The notes under the pieces were generated by a model. That model was not told the origin of the DNA, made no database searches, and saw only the letters and a program-made list of their open reading frames with translations. The translations under genes were made by a program, and so were the position numbers. A stretch of DNA of 64,000 nt from Oligoflexales bacterium (lineage in GTDB: Bacteria > Bdellovibrionota_B > Oligoflexia > Oligoflexales > RGVZ01): NCBI GenBank assembly GCA_044236265.1, contig JBIIGV010000002.1, positions 4,778-68,777 of the forward strand, written 5' to 3'. Shown here piece after piece: positions 21,709 through 30,845 of this stretch. The first letter of the stretch is position 1. Each line of letters starts with the position of its first letter.

Positions 21709-22641
21709 TCAAGCGTCGATGGTGGTCATAGCTTCATCGTCCATCAACTCGGTCAATGTTCCTTTTTTGCGAACAAATTCTTTAAGATTTTTGAGGATTC
21801 TTGCCTCAATCTGACGGGCGCGCTCTCTTGTAATTCCATACCGGTCGCCAATCTCTTGCAGTGTCAGAGGTTTTTCTGCCATCAACCGCTCATTAAACAC
21901 GTCGAGATCTCGCCCCTTCAGCGTGGTGCGAAACTCGATGAGATGCTCTTCAAAAATCTCAAGTAGCTCCGAGTCTGCAAGAACGTCATCGGCCGCCTTT
22001 CCAGTACTTTCGACGTCGATCACATCCGCGTGAGTACGATCACTTCCATCCGCAATGGGGGCATCAAAACTGACGTCACGAGCATTTAATCTCTGCTGCA
22101 TGGCGACAACGTCTTTTTCCTTAACGCCCAAGTTTTCTGCCAAAAGTTTTGGATCGACCGTGTCGTATTCGCGCAGAAGTTTTTCAGTTTCTTTTCTCAG
22201 ATTATAAAAAAGCTTTCTTTGCGCTGCCGTTGTACCTATGCGAACCGGTCCACGAGTGTCCATCAGGTATTTTAAAATATAAGCTCTGATCCACCAGGCC
22301 GCGTAGGACGAAAGTTTAACGCCCTTATAGGGGTTAAACCTCTTGACCGCTTGCATCAGCCCATAGTTTCCTTCCTGGATGAGATCCAGAGCGGCAGCTG
22401 ATGCCGTTCGAAAATCATTGGCGATTTTAACTACTAGTCTGAGATTGGACGTTATCAGCCGCTGAGCCGCCTCTTTGCTTTGATGTTCAAAGTGAGCCAC
22501 GGCAAGTTCATATTCTTCCTGTGGGGACAATAAGGGATAGCGATTAATTTCCCGCATATAGGATTGTAAAGGGGTTGGCCGAGCCGGTAACTGCTCGGTC
22601 TTAATGACTAAAGATTTATTATCGTCCTTACGTTCAACCAC
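21709..22641 (-). CDS. rpoH: RNA polymerase sigma-32 (heat-shock) factor
   Basis: Sigma-70 region 2 (NLRLVVKIANDF, QEGNYGLMQAVKRF, YAAWWIRAYILKYL) is present. AAQRKLFYNLRKE matches the RpoH box Q(R/K)(K/R)LFFNLR. The region 4 HTH reads TLQEIGDRYGITRERARQIE. Confidence 0.85.
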   Translation of the reverse strand: MVERKDDNKSLVIKTEQLPARPTPLQSYMREINRYPLLSPQEEYELAVAHFEHQSKEAAQRLITSNLRLVVKIANDFRTASAAALDLIQEGNYGLMQAVKRFNPYKGVKLSSYAAWWIRAYILKYLMDTRGPVRIGTTAAQRKLFYNLRKETEKLLREYDTVDPKLLAENLGVKEKDVVAMQQRLNARDVSFDAPIADGSDRTHADVIDVESTGKAADDVLADSELLEIFEEHLIEFRTTLKGRDLDVFNERLMAEKPLTLQEIGDRYGITRERARQIEARILKNLKEFVRKKGTLTELMDDEAMTTIDA

Positions 22642-22693
22642 GGCTTAAATCAACATTCTCGTTTGGTTATTTGAGCAAACAGACCTATATTAC

Positions 22694-23668
22694 ATGTTCT
22701 TTCTATCAGGAAGTGGGAGATTCTGCGAGATGCCCGGCATTGGAATCATCACAAACCCGTTTTCAAAGCTGAATAAAAAGAGCCCTGCACGCGGCCGGCT
22801 GTTGGGCTACATCGTTGGCCAGTTTGGCAATCTAGAAATTACAAACTCCGTTGACGACATTGGGCGCGTGGCGGAGCTATTCAAAACTCAAGACATCGAC
22901 ATCCTGGCTATCAATGGCGGTGATGGCACTATCTCTCGCACATTGACCGCATTTATTCGTACTTATGGTGACGCTCCACTTCCAAAGATTTTGATACTTC
23001 GCGGAGGTACCATCAACATGCTTGCGGATAATCTGGGCATCTTTGGAAGCCCGGAGGAAATATTGGTGCGCATGCTCGAATGCCAAAGCGGCCTGCGCCC
23101 GAGGGTGATTCAGACCTATGCCACCCTATCGGTTGGTGGGCAGTATGGTTTCTTGTTTGGAAATGGCTTTGTGGCCCGTTACTTAGCAGAGTTCTATAAA
23201 AACAAGACAGGCCCGGCAGGCTCCATCTTTTTGATTTTAAAAATCTATTTTAATTGGCTTTTTTCCAAAAGCCGCTATCAGCAAATTGTTCACGATGAGT
23301 TCTACCGCATGTCGGTAGATGGCCATGCTTCCATGGATGAGACCATGAGCCTTGCGATCATGGCTAGCACCGTTGAAAGGATGCCCCTGGGGTTTAAATT
23401 TTTTCCCGCCGCAAGAAATAACTTAGCAAAATTTCAAATGTTTTCTCTTCAGATGACCTCCGGCTCACTTCCCTGGCGGCTCCCATTATCATGCCTTCGA
23501 AACCGGCCCGGGACGTTCCTCGGCAAGGTCACGCGCCTAGCATCGTCCGTCATTTTGGCTACAACATCCGGGCGTCAACTCTACACCCTAGACGGAGAAT
23601 TGTTTGAGGCTCCTGAGGGACGACTTGCGATTGAGGTGGGACCGGTCGTACAATTTGTTGTGGTTTAA
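22694..23668 (+). CDS. Diacylglycerol/lipid kinase-family protein (DAGK catalytic domain-like)
   Basis: IGIITNP...DILAINGGDGTISR matches the GGDGT nucleotide-binding motif of the DAGK/YegS/BmrU family. The start is ambiguous (ATG 22694 or ATG 22730). Confidence 0.55.
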   Translation: MFFLSGSGRFCEMPGIGIITNPFSKLNKKSPARGRLLGYIVGQFGNLEITNSVDDIGRVAELFKTQDIDILAINGGDGTISRTLTAFIRTYGDAPLPKILILRGGTINMLADNLGIFGSPEEILVRMLECQSGLRPRVIQTYATLSVGGQYGFLFGNGFVARYLAEFYKNKTGPAGSIFLILKIYFNWLFSKSRYQQIVHDEFYRMSVDGHASMDETMSLAIMASTVERMPLGFKFFPAARNNLAKFQMFSLQMTSGSLPWRLPLSCLRNRPGTFLGKVTRLASSVILATTSGRQLYTLDGELFEAPEGRLAIEVGPVVQFVVV

Positions 23669-23692
23669 AATATAATTCGACAGGTGATCGTG

Positions 23693-24808
23693 ATGTCTCA
23701 AGTTCCTGGACGATTATCCCCCCCGCCCCCTCAAGCCGTGGCCGACGCCCTCGGTGTTGACCATTTAACTATTGAGTGGCTCGCGGGTGACGGGTCTGAC
23801 CGTTGTTATTTTCGCGTTCGCTCTCCAGAGCTCGCTCGAAGTTTTGTGCTCATGCAGCTTTCAGGTAACGATGCGGAAAATTTGAAGAAAGGGCGATACG
23901 ACTGGGTTACCATATCTAACATACTGAAATTAAATGGAATTTCGGCCCCGGCAAGCGCCGCGATTTTGGCTGACCATGCCGCTGTTATAATAGATGACTA
24001 TGGCGACATGATGCTAGAGACCGTGGTTCTTGAACTTGCCAAAAAAGGCATTGTTAACAGCAGTTTACCTCTTTATTTAGACTCCCTCAAAACCGTCGCT
24101 CGCTTTATTTCGATTGCGGCAACCCCTGGCGACATCTGGACGACGCGCTCATTTGACCGCGAGCGTTTTGAGTGGGAGCTCAATTTTTTTGTCAGTAAAT
24201 ATCTTGGCCCCGTAGCCCATTACTCTTTGTCGCCGCAAGAGGCTCAAGATTTCTCTAATGATGTTAGGGCGATATCAAGTTATTTGTCCGAGTCATCAAA
24301 GTACTTCGTTCACAGAGACTTCCACAGCCGCAACATTATGATTCACGAACAGCAAGTTGCGGTTATCGATTTTCAGGATGCGCGCCTGGGCCCACCCTCG
24401 TACGACCTGGTCAGCCTAGTCTTCGACAGTTACGTGCCTCTGAGTCCGGACACGCGGATCAAACTTTTAAACGAGGGTCTTGATCTCATAAAGGCTTCGG
24501 CCAGTGACGCAGTATCGGAGCGGGCTCGGCAAGAATGGAAGCCCATGTTACTTCAGCGGCAACTAAAGGCAATCGGAAGCTTTGGCTACCTAACCATCGA
24601 TAAAAACAAGGGTGACTACATCAAAAACGTTGCGCCAGCCCTGCAGACCCTCCTTGATGCTGGAGTTCAAGATGCTCGATGGCCATTTCTTAGTGGTAAG
24701 CTTCTCCAGATTCTGGCCAAGACTTTACCAGATCGGACCTCTCGCGGGTACGGCGCTAGCAATAAACTCGAGTTGGCGAGGGCATCCTCGTCACCGCGTC
24801 AGTCCTAG
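23693..24808 (+). CDS. APH-fold sugar kinase, AmgK-like (anomeric MurNAc/GlcNAc kinase family)
   Basis: The Brenner/APH motifs HRDFHSRNIMI and VIDFQDARLGPPSYDLVSLVFD are present. It lies immediately upstream of a sugar-1-P nucleotidyltransferase, the pairing described for AmgK-MurU in Pseudomonas putida. Confidence 0.6.
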   Translation: MSQVPGRLSPPPPQAVADALGVDHLTIEWLAGDGSDRCYFRVRSPELARSFVLMQLSGNDAENLKKGRYDWVTISNILKLNGISAPASAAILADHAAVIIDDYGDMMLETVVLELAKKGIVNSSLPLYLDSLKTVARFISIAATPGDIWTTRSFDRERFEWELNFFVSKYLGPVAHYSLSPQEAQDFSNDVRAISSYLSESSKYFVHRDFHSRNIMIHEQQVAVIDFQDARLGPPSYDLVSLVFDSYVPLSPDTRIKLLNEGLDLIKASASDAVSERARQEWKPMLLQRQLKAIGSFGYLTIDKNKGDYIKNVAPALQTLLDAGVQDARWPFLSGKLLQILAKTLPDRTSRGYGASNKLELARASSSPRQS

Positions 24809-24819
24809 AAGGGCGCCGC

Positions 24820-25794
24820 TTGAGCCATAAAGATAGTAAACCATTGAAAGCCCTGGTTCTTTGTGCGGGCCATGGAACAAGGCTAAAGCCTTTAACGGAA
24901 CTCCTACCAAAGCCATTGGCGACCGTTTTAGATGTGCCGCTTGTCGATCTTGCGATCAATCGCTGTGTTGAAGCTGGCGTAACTGACGTTGCCATTAATA
25001 CTCACCACCTTGCCGACAAAATGGGGGATCACGTTCAGGCCCGCCACCGCCAACTCGGAGTCTCAAGCCTCCATGTTTCCCATGAAACACCTCAAATTTT
25101 GGGGACAGGAGGTGCTTTATCTCAGGTCGCAGATTGGTGGGGCGATAGCCTCCTACTCGTTTACAATGGCGACATTCTTAGCAATATAAGCTTTGAGCAG
25201 TTGATATCCGCTCACCGACAGTCAAAGGCCATTGTTACGATGGCTGTCACAAGGACCCCGCCCGCCCAAGGGCGCTCGGTGTGGGTGAACTCAGGTGGAA
25301 TGGTAAAAGCCATCTGTGAAAAGAAAGACCTTCCGTCATCGCTCAAGGTTAATGATCTTAGCGAGTGCGGCTTTGCCTGTGCTTACGTTGCAGGCCCAGA
25401 ATTGAGAGCCTATTTGCCGAAAAAACCTGAGTTTTTCGATGTTATAGTCGCATTTCAAAAGGCTCTGACTGATGGTCATCAAATCAGTGTGACGTTCCAT
25501 GAGGATATTTGGGCTGACGTCGGTACGCCCTTGGCCCTGTGGCAAACAAATTTAGACATAGTCCATCTAAGTGAAGCCAGAAGAAAGTCGCTCTTTGGAA
25601 AGCTGGCCTCATGGCAGGCTTCATGGATAGGCCATGACTTTCAAGTTGATCAAATCTCGGTCGTAAGTAGATCGGCCATCGTTGGTCGGGGGGCGCGCAT
25701 ATCTCAAAGCGTCATTTTGCCGAATGCTGCCGTTGCCGCGGGCGAGGTCGTAGAAAGATCCCTTCTAGGGCCAAATTTTAAAATTAAATTTTAG
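24820..25794 (+). CDS. Sugar-1-phosphate nucleotidyltransferase, MurU-like, with a C-terminal extension
   Basis: The N-terminal ALVLCAGHGTRLKPLTELLPKPL is the G-x-G-T-R-x-P signature. About 100 extra C-terminal residues include a hexapeptide-like segment (SAIVGRGARISQSVILPNAAVAAGEVV). The start is non-ATG (TTG) and uncertain. Confidence 0.6.
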   Translation: MSHKDSKPLKALVLCAGHGTRLKPLTELLPKPLATVLDVPLVDLAINRCVEAGVTDVAINTHHLADKMGDHVQARHRQLGVSSLHVSHETPQILGTGGALSQVADWWGDSLLLVYNGDILSNISFEQLISAHRQSKAIVTMAVTRTPPAQGRSVWVNSGGMVKAICEKKDLPSSLKVNDLSECGFACAYVAGPELRAYLPKKPEFFDVIVAFQKALTDGHQISVTFHEDIWADVGTPLALWQTNLDIVHLSEARRKSLFGKLASWQASWIGHDFQVDQISVVSRSAIVGRGARISQSVILPNAAVAAGEVVERSLLGPNFKIKF

Positions 25795-26258
25795 AGAGCA
25801 AGCCGAGCACTCACTCAAAGTGACTAGGCGCTAACGTGACTAATCAAATGTTTTGACTAGGCACCTGCTCACAAGAAGTCCGTCATCTTTAACACTTAGC
25901 CTGATTAGGCAGGTGAACAGTAGTGATGACTATTCAAAAACATAGACTAAACACAGGCACTTATCTGAAAGAAAGAGCGTTAGGTGTTTCGGTGAGGTTT
26001 AAGCTTCTGCTTTTTTTCTGCGAGCCTTTGCCCGGGTGGCGCCTTTTTCTGCGGCTCGTTGAAACAATGGCTAAACCTTTAAGCTCTACTAAAACACCAA
26101 ATGCTCGAATCGTCTCAATCATCTTCTTTCCAGGTCTTTTGACGAGTGGCTCTTAAGTATCGGTTGGTTCATTAACTTAAGGCGCTCTGGTTGTCTTCCC
26201 GTCTTTTCTCTTGAGCCCTGGTGACAGTTTTAGCGTTGTCGCGCGTAGTTGTAAGTTA

Positions 26259-27278
26259 TTAAACTGCTGGAACCGGTGTAAAGAACGCCTGAGTCATCAG
26301 GTTGATAGTTTTATTGACTTTTTTCGCTACTACTTTGTTAACATTTAAATTTTTCAGGGTGTTGAAAGCTGTCTTAATTGAACCTGCTTCTACGTAATAG
26401 ACGGTCATGCCCGCCTGCAATACATCTGGATTGTCGATATTGTCATTTTGACGCCAGATGTGTTTCCAGAGATTGGATTTACCATAAACTCTCTTGGAGA
26501 TGGCAGCTAGCGTGTCGCCTTCGCGAACAGTTTCCTTGGCGCGACGAATGTTTTCATAAGTCTGAGCAAAGTTCATGCTTGCATCTTCAAGGGTGTAGTA
26601 AATCAGATCGCCTGGATAGATTTGGTTCGGGTTATCAAGGCCACTAAGGCTTGCGATATCCCTCCAGCGCTTTTGATCGCCGTAAATCTTCTGAGCAATC
26701 TTACCTAGTGTGTCGCCTGCCTCCACAACGTAAGCCATCTTGGAGCCGTTTTGCGGCATACCAGCTGCTGAAGCTGCTGGGGCTGGTGCAGCTTCCGCAG
26801 TGGCTGGTGCCGGTGCTGCCTCAGCTGGTGCTGGTGTAGCTTCCGCGGTGGCTGGTACGACTTCCGCTGGAGCTGCCTCAGGGGCGGCTTGACCTTCAGA
26901 AGGAGTATTACTCATTTCTGAAATAATACCGGCTACATCACCGTTTGGAGTCGTCTCTGCTCCCGCTACCGCTTCATTAGTTGTAACGTTTGAACCATTG
27001 CCGACATTTGCGGTTTCGCCAGCATTGTTTCCTTCAGCACCACCTTCTTCGTTCGCGGCAACTTCGTTACCGCCATCTTGGGTGGCCTCCTCTTGTTGTT
27101 GACCTTGAGCCTCAGCCGTTTGGCTGTCCTCCTGGCCCTCACCTTGTTCTTGTCCCTGAGCACTGACTTCTTCGTCCATGCCTTGCTGTTCTTGCTGGCT
27201 TGAACATCCAGCAAAAGACAGCAACGAAGCGGTGGCGAAGGCCGTCAGCACTAAGCGACGTCTCCAATTAAACCTCAT
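26259..27278 (-). CDS. LysM-domain lipoprotein with acidic low-complexity linker
   Basis: Lipobox signal peptide (LLSFAGCSS). An E/Q/G/A-rich and AP-repeat region follows. There are two LysM repeats: YVVEAGDTLGKIAQKIYGD...IYPGDLI and VREGDTLAAISKRVYGK...LQAGMTV. Confidence 0.85.
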   Translation of the reverse strand: MRFNWRRRLVLTAFATASLLSFAGCSSQQEQQGMDEEVSAQGQEQGEGQEDSQTAEAQGQQQEEATQDGGNEVAANEEGGAEGNNAGETANVGNGSNVTTNEAVAGAETTPNGDVAGIISEMSNTPSEGQAAPEAAPAEVVPATAEATPAPAEAAPAPATAEAAPAPAASAAGMPQNGSKMAYVVEAGDTLGKIAQKIYGDQKRWRDIASLSGLDNPNQIYPGDLIYYTLEDASMNFAQTYENIRRAKETVREGDTLAAISKRVYGKSNLWKHIWRQNDNIDNPDVLQAGMTVYYVEAGSIKTAFNTLKNLNVNKVVAKKVNKTINLMTQAFFTPVPAV

Positions 27279-27638
27279 CGTTTACCTCCATAAAAAGTTT
27301 TTTGAAAACAAATCCACAGTATGGACGTCGGCAAATTTCTTTCCTGCTTTAATTTTGAAATAGAGCCAAGTCAGCAGCAATGGGCAAGGCTTTCACGTTC
27401 TGTGTGGCCACAAAATTAAACTAACGACCCTGTTCACGTCTAATCAGCTTAAAACCATTCGAAGCCAAGGGATCCAGAGCCTGGTGATGGGTCTGATTAA
27501 CCACAAATTGGAGCTCTACTAGGCATTTTTTTTACAGCCAAACGGAAAAACATCTAAAAAAATTTTTTTATCAGCTATGATTTTTTTTGAAAATCACAGG
27601 GACCTTGTCCTCATTAAACAGATTTCAAGTCAGGCGTA

Positions 27639-28628
27639 TTGATTTTGGCAAAACATTCAGAACAAAAAACTTATCAGCACACACCAGTTCTATTCCATGA
27701 GTCGGTGGACATCTTGAGTCCAATGCTTGGCTCTACACTCATTGACTGCACGCTTGGCGGCGGCGGTCACACGTCTCTTATGCTAGAAAAAGTTGGCCCT
27801 ACCGGCCGGGTGGTAGCTTTTGACAGAGACCTCAAGGCGATCGATAACGCAAAGGCAAAATTGTCGAGCTCATTGGCGTCCGGAAAACTTGAAATCGTTC
27901 ATGCAACATTTGGTGACATCCTTAAACATGCCGAAAAACTTAATTTAGTCGGCGCCGTTTCCGGTGTACTTGCCGATATTGGAGTGTCCAGTCACCACTT
28001 GGATGAGGATTCTCGTGGGTTTTCATTTATGCACGATGGCCCCCTCGACATGCGCATGGATCAGACGAGTGGAATCACTGCGGCCGAATTTCTTCGTTAT
28101 GCCGACGAAAAAGATATTGCGGATGTCATTTGGAAATATGGTGAAGAACCGAAATCTCGTTTCATCGCCCGGCTCATTTGCGAGATACGAACGAAGTCTC
28201 CCCTTACAACGACAAAACAATTGGCAGACCTCATTTCATCAAAAGTTATTTGGAAGGAGGCTAGTCGAAAGCATCCTGCAACGCGAACATTCCAAGCCCT
28301 CCGAATCCATGTAAACGACGAGCTCGGACAACTCAAACAACTACTGAAAGACGCGCCCAAGGTTCTGGCCCCCGGTGGAATTCTCGCAATTATCACTTTT
28401 CACTCCCTTGAAGATCGCTTGGTTAAGGAGTCCATGTTAGAGATGAGCGGAAAAACCAAACGACAGTCGATACCGCGAGATCTTCCCCTGACGGATGCGC
28501 AAGTCAGCCAAATGAGTGCCAGCCAAGGAACAATCCTTAAACCTTTTCCAGTTGCTCCCAACGAACAAGAGATTCGGGACAACCCTCGTGCACGAAGCGC
28601 AAAGTTAAGGGCTATCCGTTTCCAGTAA
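27639..28628 (+). CDS. rsmH: 16S rRNA (cytosine1402-N4)-methyltransferase
   Basis: HTPVLFHESVD, DCTLGGGGH, DIGVSSHHLD, RGFSF, DMRMD and FHSLEDR are present. It is the first gene of the dcw array. It starts at TTG; there is no in-frame ATG near the N-terminus. Confidence 0.92.
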   Translation: MILAKHSEQKTYQHTPVLFHESVDILSPMLGSTLIDCTLGGGGHTSLMLEKVGPTGRVVAFDRDLKAIDNAKAKLSSSLASGKLEIVHATFGDILKHAEKLNLVGAVSGVLADIGVSSHHLDEDSRGFSFMHDGPLDMRMDQTSGITAAEFLRYADEKDIADVIWKYGEEPKSRFIARLICEIRTKSPLTTTKQLADLISSKVIWKEASRKHPATRTFQALRIHVNDELGQLKQLLKDAPKVLAPGGILAIITFHSLEDRLVKESMLEMSGKTKRQSIPRDLPLTDAQVSQMSASQGTILKPFPVAPNEQEIRDNPRARSAKLRAIRFQ

Positions 28629-28695
28629 TAAATGCGTATAATGGTTTTGAGAGATTTAAAAATTACATTGATTGGCACATTTTTCTGGGGGGTCT

Positions 28696-28968
28696 ATGCG
28701 AACCTTAACTATTCGCTTAGCAATTCTTTGGACCTTTGTTCTTTCTATGTCGGCATTCGCCCGCGTACACTTTCGCAGTGTTACAACGGGAGTCGCCTAC
28801 GACCTGGGTCAATTAAAGACCCGCGAGGGCAAACTCCTTGAAGAGCGAAGCGAGCTACGCGGCGAGCTGGCGCGTCTGACCACAAAGAAAAAACTTGAAG
28901 ATTTAGCTCAATCAGCAATTAAGCCAGCAAAGACGAGTAACAGTGAATCCGGAGCGACACGCCAGTGA
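28696..28968 (+). CDS. ftsL: Cell division protein FtsL-like
   Basis: 90-aa protein with one TM (LAILWTFVLSMSAF) and then a coiled-coil (LKTREGKLLEERSELRGELARL). It sits between rsmH and ftsI and overlaps the ftsI start. The call rests on position and topology. Confidence 0.55.
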   Translation: MRTLTIRLAILWTFVLSMSAFARVHFRSVTTGVAYDLGQLKTREGKLLEERSELRGELARLTTKKKLEDLAQSAIKPAKTSNSESGATRQ

Positions 28969-30845
28969 CTGCAAATGGGTCTAGGTACAGTTTGGCAAAA
29001 CTGCAAAAACTCCTTAAAAAATCCTTTGAGACAAAAGAGTCCACGGGAGGGTTTGATATAACGAGGGCATCTTTTCTTGCCTTAATTTTACTTGGTATCT
29101 TCGGTGTTTTGATTGGGCGCGCAGCAGTCATTCAGTTATTTCCCCCATCCGCGGAAGCGCTTCGACGCATAGCGGCCCGTCAATATGAGCAACATTTGGA
29201 GCTAGCCCCTTACCGAGGCCCGGTTCTAGATCGCAACAGTCACCCCCTGGCCATAAGTGTAAAAAAACCATCCGTCGCGATAAACCCGCGCGTGTTCAGG
29301 CCAAACGCCCAACAAATGAAGCAACTGGCATTACTTCTTGATCTACCTCGCGAAAAGATAAAAGACGTCGCGTCCAAGGACGCGTATTTTGCATGGCTTA
29401 AACGAAAAATCGACCCCGCCGTAGCACAAAAGGTAGAAGGTCTGGAGCTGAAGGGGCTCTATCTTGTCAATGAGGCCACCCGCCTCTACCCTCTGCAGTC
29501 AACGGCCGCCCATCTACTCGGAGCCGTAGGCAGTGAAAATCAGGGTTTGCTTGGGATTGAGCGCCAATTCCAGCAACTCCTAGCCGGAAAGACCACCGCT
29601 GTCAGTCCTTCAAAGGACGCCAGAGGAAGAACTATTCTATATTCGAGTGATATGGCTGCACCAGATCTTCCCGGTCATACGATTCAACTCAGCATTGATC
29701 ACGCCATTCAGGAAATCACTGAAGAGGCTTTAACCTCTGGCGTTATCGCTGCACGAGCTAAAAGCGGATTTGCGGTTGTAACCGATCCGCACACAGGAAA
29801 AATCCTTGCTCTAGCAAACTATCCGACATTTGATCCCAATCAGATTAGTAAAGCTAAAACGGAACACACCAGAAATTATGCGCTCCTAGATCTCTTTGAA
29901 CCCGGATCGATCATCAAGCCATTTGTCGTAGCCGGAGCCCTGGAGATGAAAAAAACATCCCCCCATGAACTTCATAATTGCGAAAATGGTGTATACCGTG
30001 CCGGCGGCGTTGTTTTCCGGGACGACCACCCGGCACCGATGCTGTCTACCGTCGAAACGCTCGTAAGGTCGAGCAATATATGTACTTTTAAAATTGCAGA
30101 GCGACTTGGCAAGCAAGGTCTCTACGACATTTTACAGAAATTTGGTTTCGCTGGTGGCATCTCAATTTCTGAGTTTTTCCCTCCTACCATGCGAGGAAGC
30201 ATTGCAAAGCCAGGGTCCTGGAAGCCGATTAGATTTGCAAATGTGGCCTTTGGACAGGGATTTACAACCACTGGAATCGAAATTGCCATGGCATACGGCG
30301 CATTAGCCAATGGGGGCAACCTAATGCGTCCAATCTTAGTGGATCGCATCACAAGTCCAAGCGGTGAAATCGTTTACGCTGCAACCCCCGAAGCAAGTGC
30401 CCATGTTCTTTCGATTGATCACGCTCGACAAATGAGAGATATCCTGGCGCGTGTCGTCACGGACAAAAAAGGGACCGCCTCGAAGGCTGCGACAGAAGAC
30501 TACACAACTGGGGGAAAGACCGGAACCGCCGAAAAAGTTGATCCAGTTTTAAAAGCTTATTCACCAGACAAAAGAATTGCCAGCTTTGCTGGCTTTGCAC
30601 CTGTTGCAGACCCTTACCTGACAATTTTTGTCATCATCGATGAGCCCGGAGTAAAACCGGCTTATGGCGGTCTCTGGGCGGCACCCGTATTCGCAGATAT
30701 TGCGGAAAGAAGTTTAAGATATTTAAATGTAGCGCCCGATAAAAAGCCAACTAAGATAACCTCGCAGGCACAGGCAGCAAAAGTCTCCACTGCAAAGCCA
30801 ACGCCAGCTAACGAGTCAAATGAAAAACCATCGCGCAGATTTTGA
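28965..30845 (+). CDS. ftsI: Penicillin-binding protein 3 (division transpeptidase)
   Basis: N-terminal TM, PBP dimerisation region and transpeptidase motifs. SxxK is read tentatively as 'GSIIKPF'. SSN ('RSSN') and KTG ('GGKTGTA') are clear. It lies in the dcw position. Confidence 0.9.
   Translation: MTANGSRYSLAKLQKLLKKSFETKESTGGFDITRASFLALILLGIFGVLIGRAAVIQLFPPSAEALRRIAARQYEQHLELAPYRGPVLDRNSHPLAISVKKPSVAINPRVFRPNAQQMKQLALLLDLPREKIKDVASKDAYFAWLKRKIDPAVAQKVEGLELKGLYLVNEATRLYPLQSTAAHLLGAVGSENQGLLGIERQFQQLLAGKTTAVSPSKDARGRTILYSSDMAAPDLPGHTIQLSIDHAIQEITEEALTSGVIAARAKSGFAVVTDPHTGKILALANYPTFDPNQISKAKTEHTRNYALLDLFEPGSIIKPFVVAGALEMKKTSPHELHNCENGVYRAGGVVFRDDHPAPMLSTVETLVRSSNICTFKIAERLGKQGLYDILQKFGFAGGISISEFFPPTMRGSIAKPGSWKPIRFANVAFGQGFTTTGIEIAMAYGALANGGNLMRPILVDRITSPSGEIVYAATPEASAHVLSIDHARQMRDILARVVTDKKGTASKAATEDYTTGGKTGTAEKVDPVLKAYSPDKRIASFAGFAPVADPYLTIFVIIDEPGVKPAYGGLWAAPVFADIAERSLRYLNVAPDKKPTKITSQAQAAKVSTAKPTPANESNEKPSRRF

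Noticed and set aside
21706-21711. The uvrD and rpoH stop codons abut with zero intergenic bases (TGA|TCA).
   Set aside because: This is real in the sequence but is just a tight convergent junction. There is no evidence of functional significance.
25923-26156. A 77-aa plus-strand ORF in the long MurU-LysM intergenic region.
   Set aside because: It has a GTG start without a Shine-Dalgarno and an implausible composition (FKLLLFFCEPLPGWRLFLRL). I kept the region as an unexplained-spacer finding but do not call this ORF a gene.
26750-26890. Repetitive GCTGGTGC/GCTTCCGC-type DNA that looks like a tandem repeat array.
   Set aside because: It is the coding sequence for the Ala/Pro/Glu low-complexity linker (APAPAEAAPAPATAEAAPAPA) of the LysM lipoprotein. 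The repeats are imperfect and in frame. It is not a CRISPR array or a non-coding repeat.
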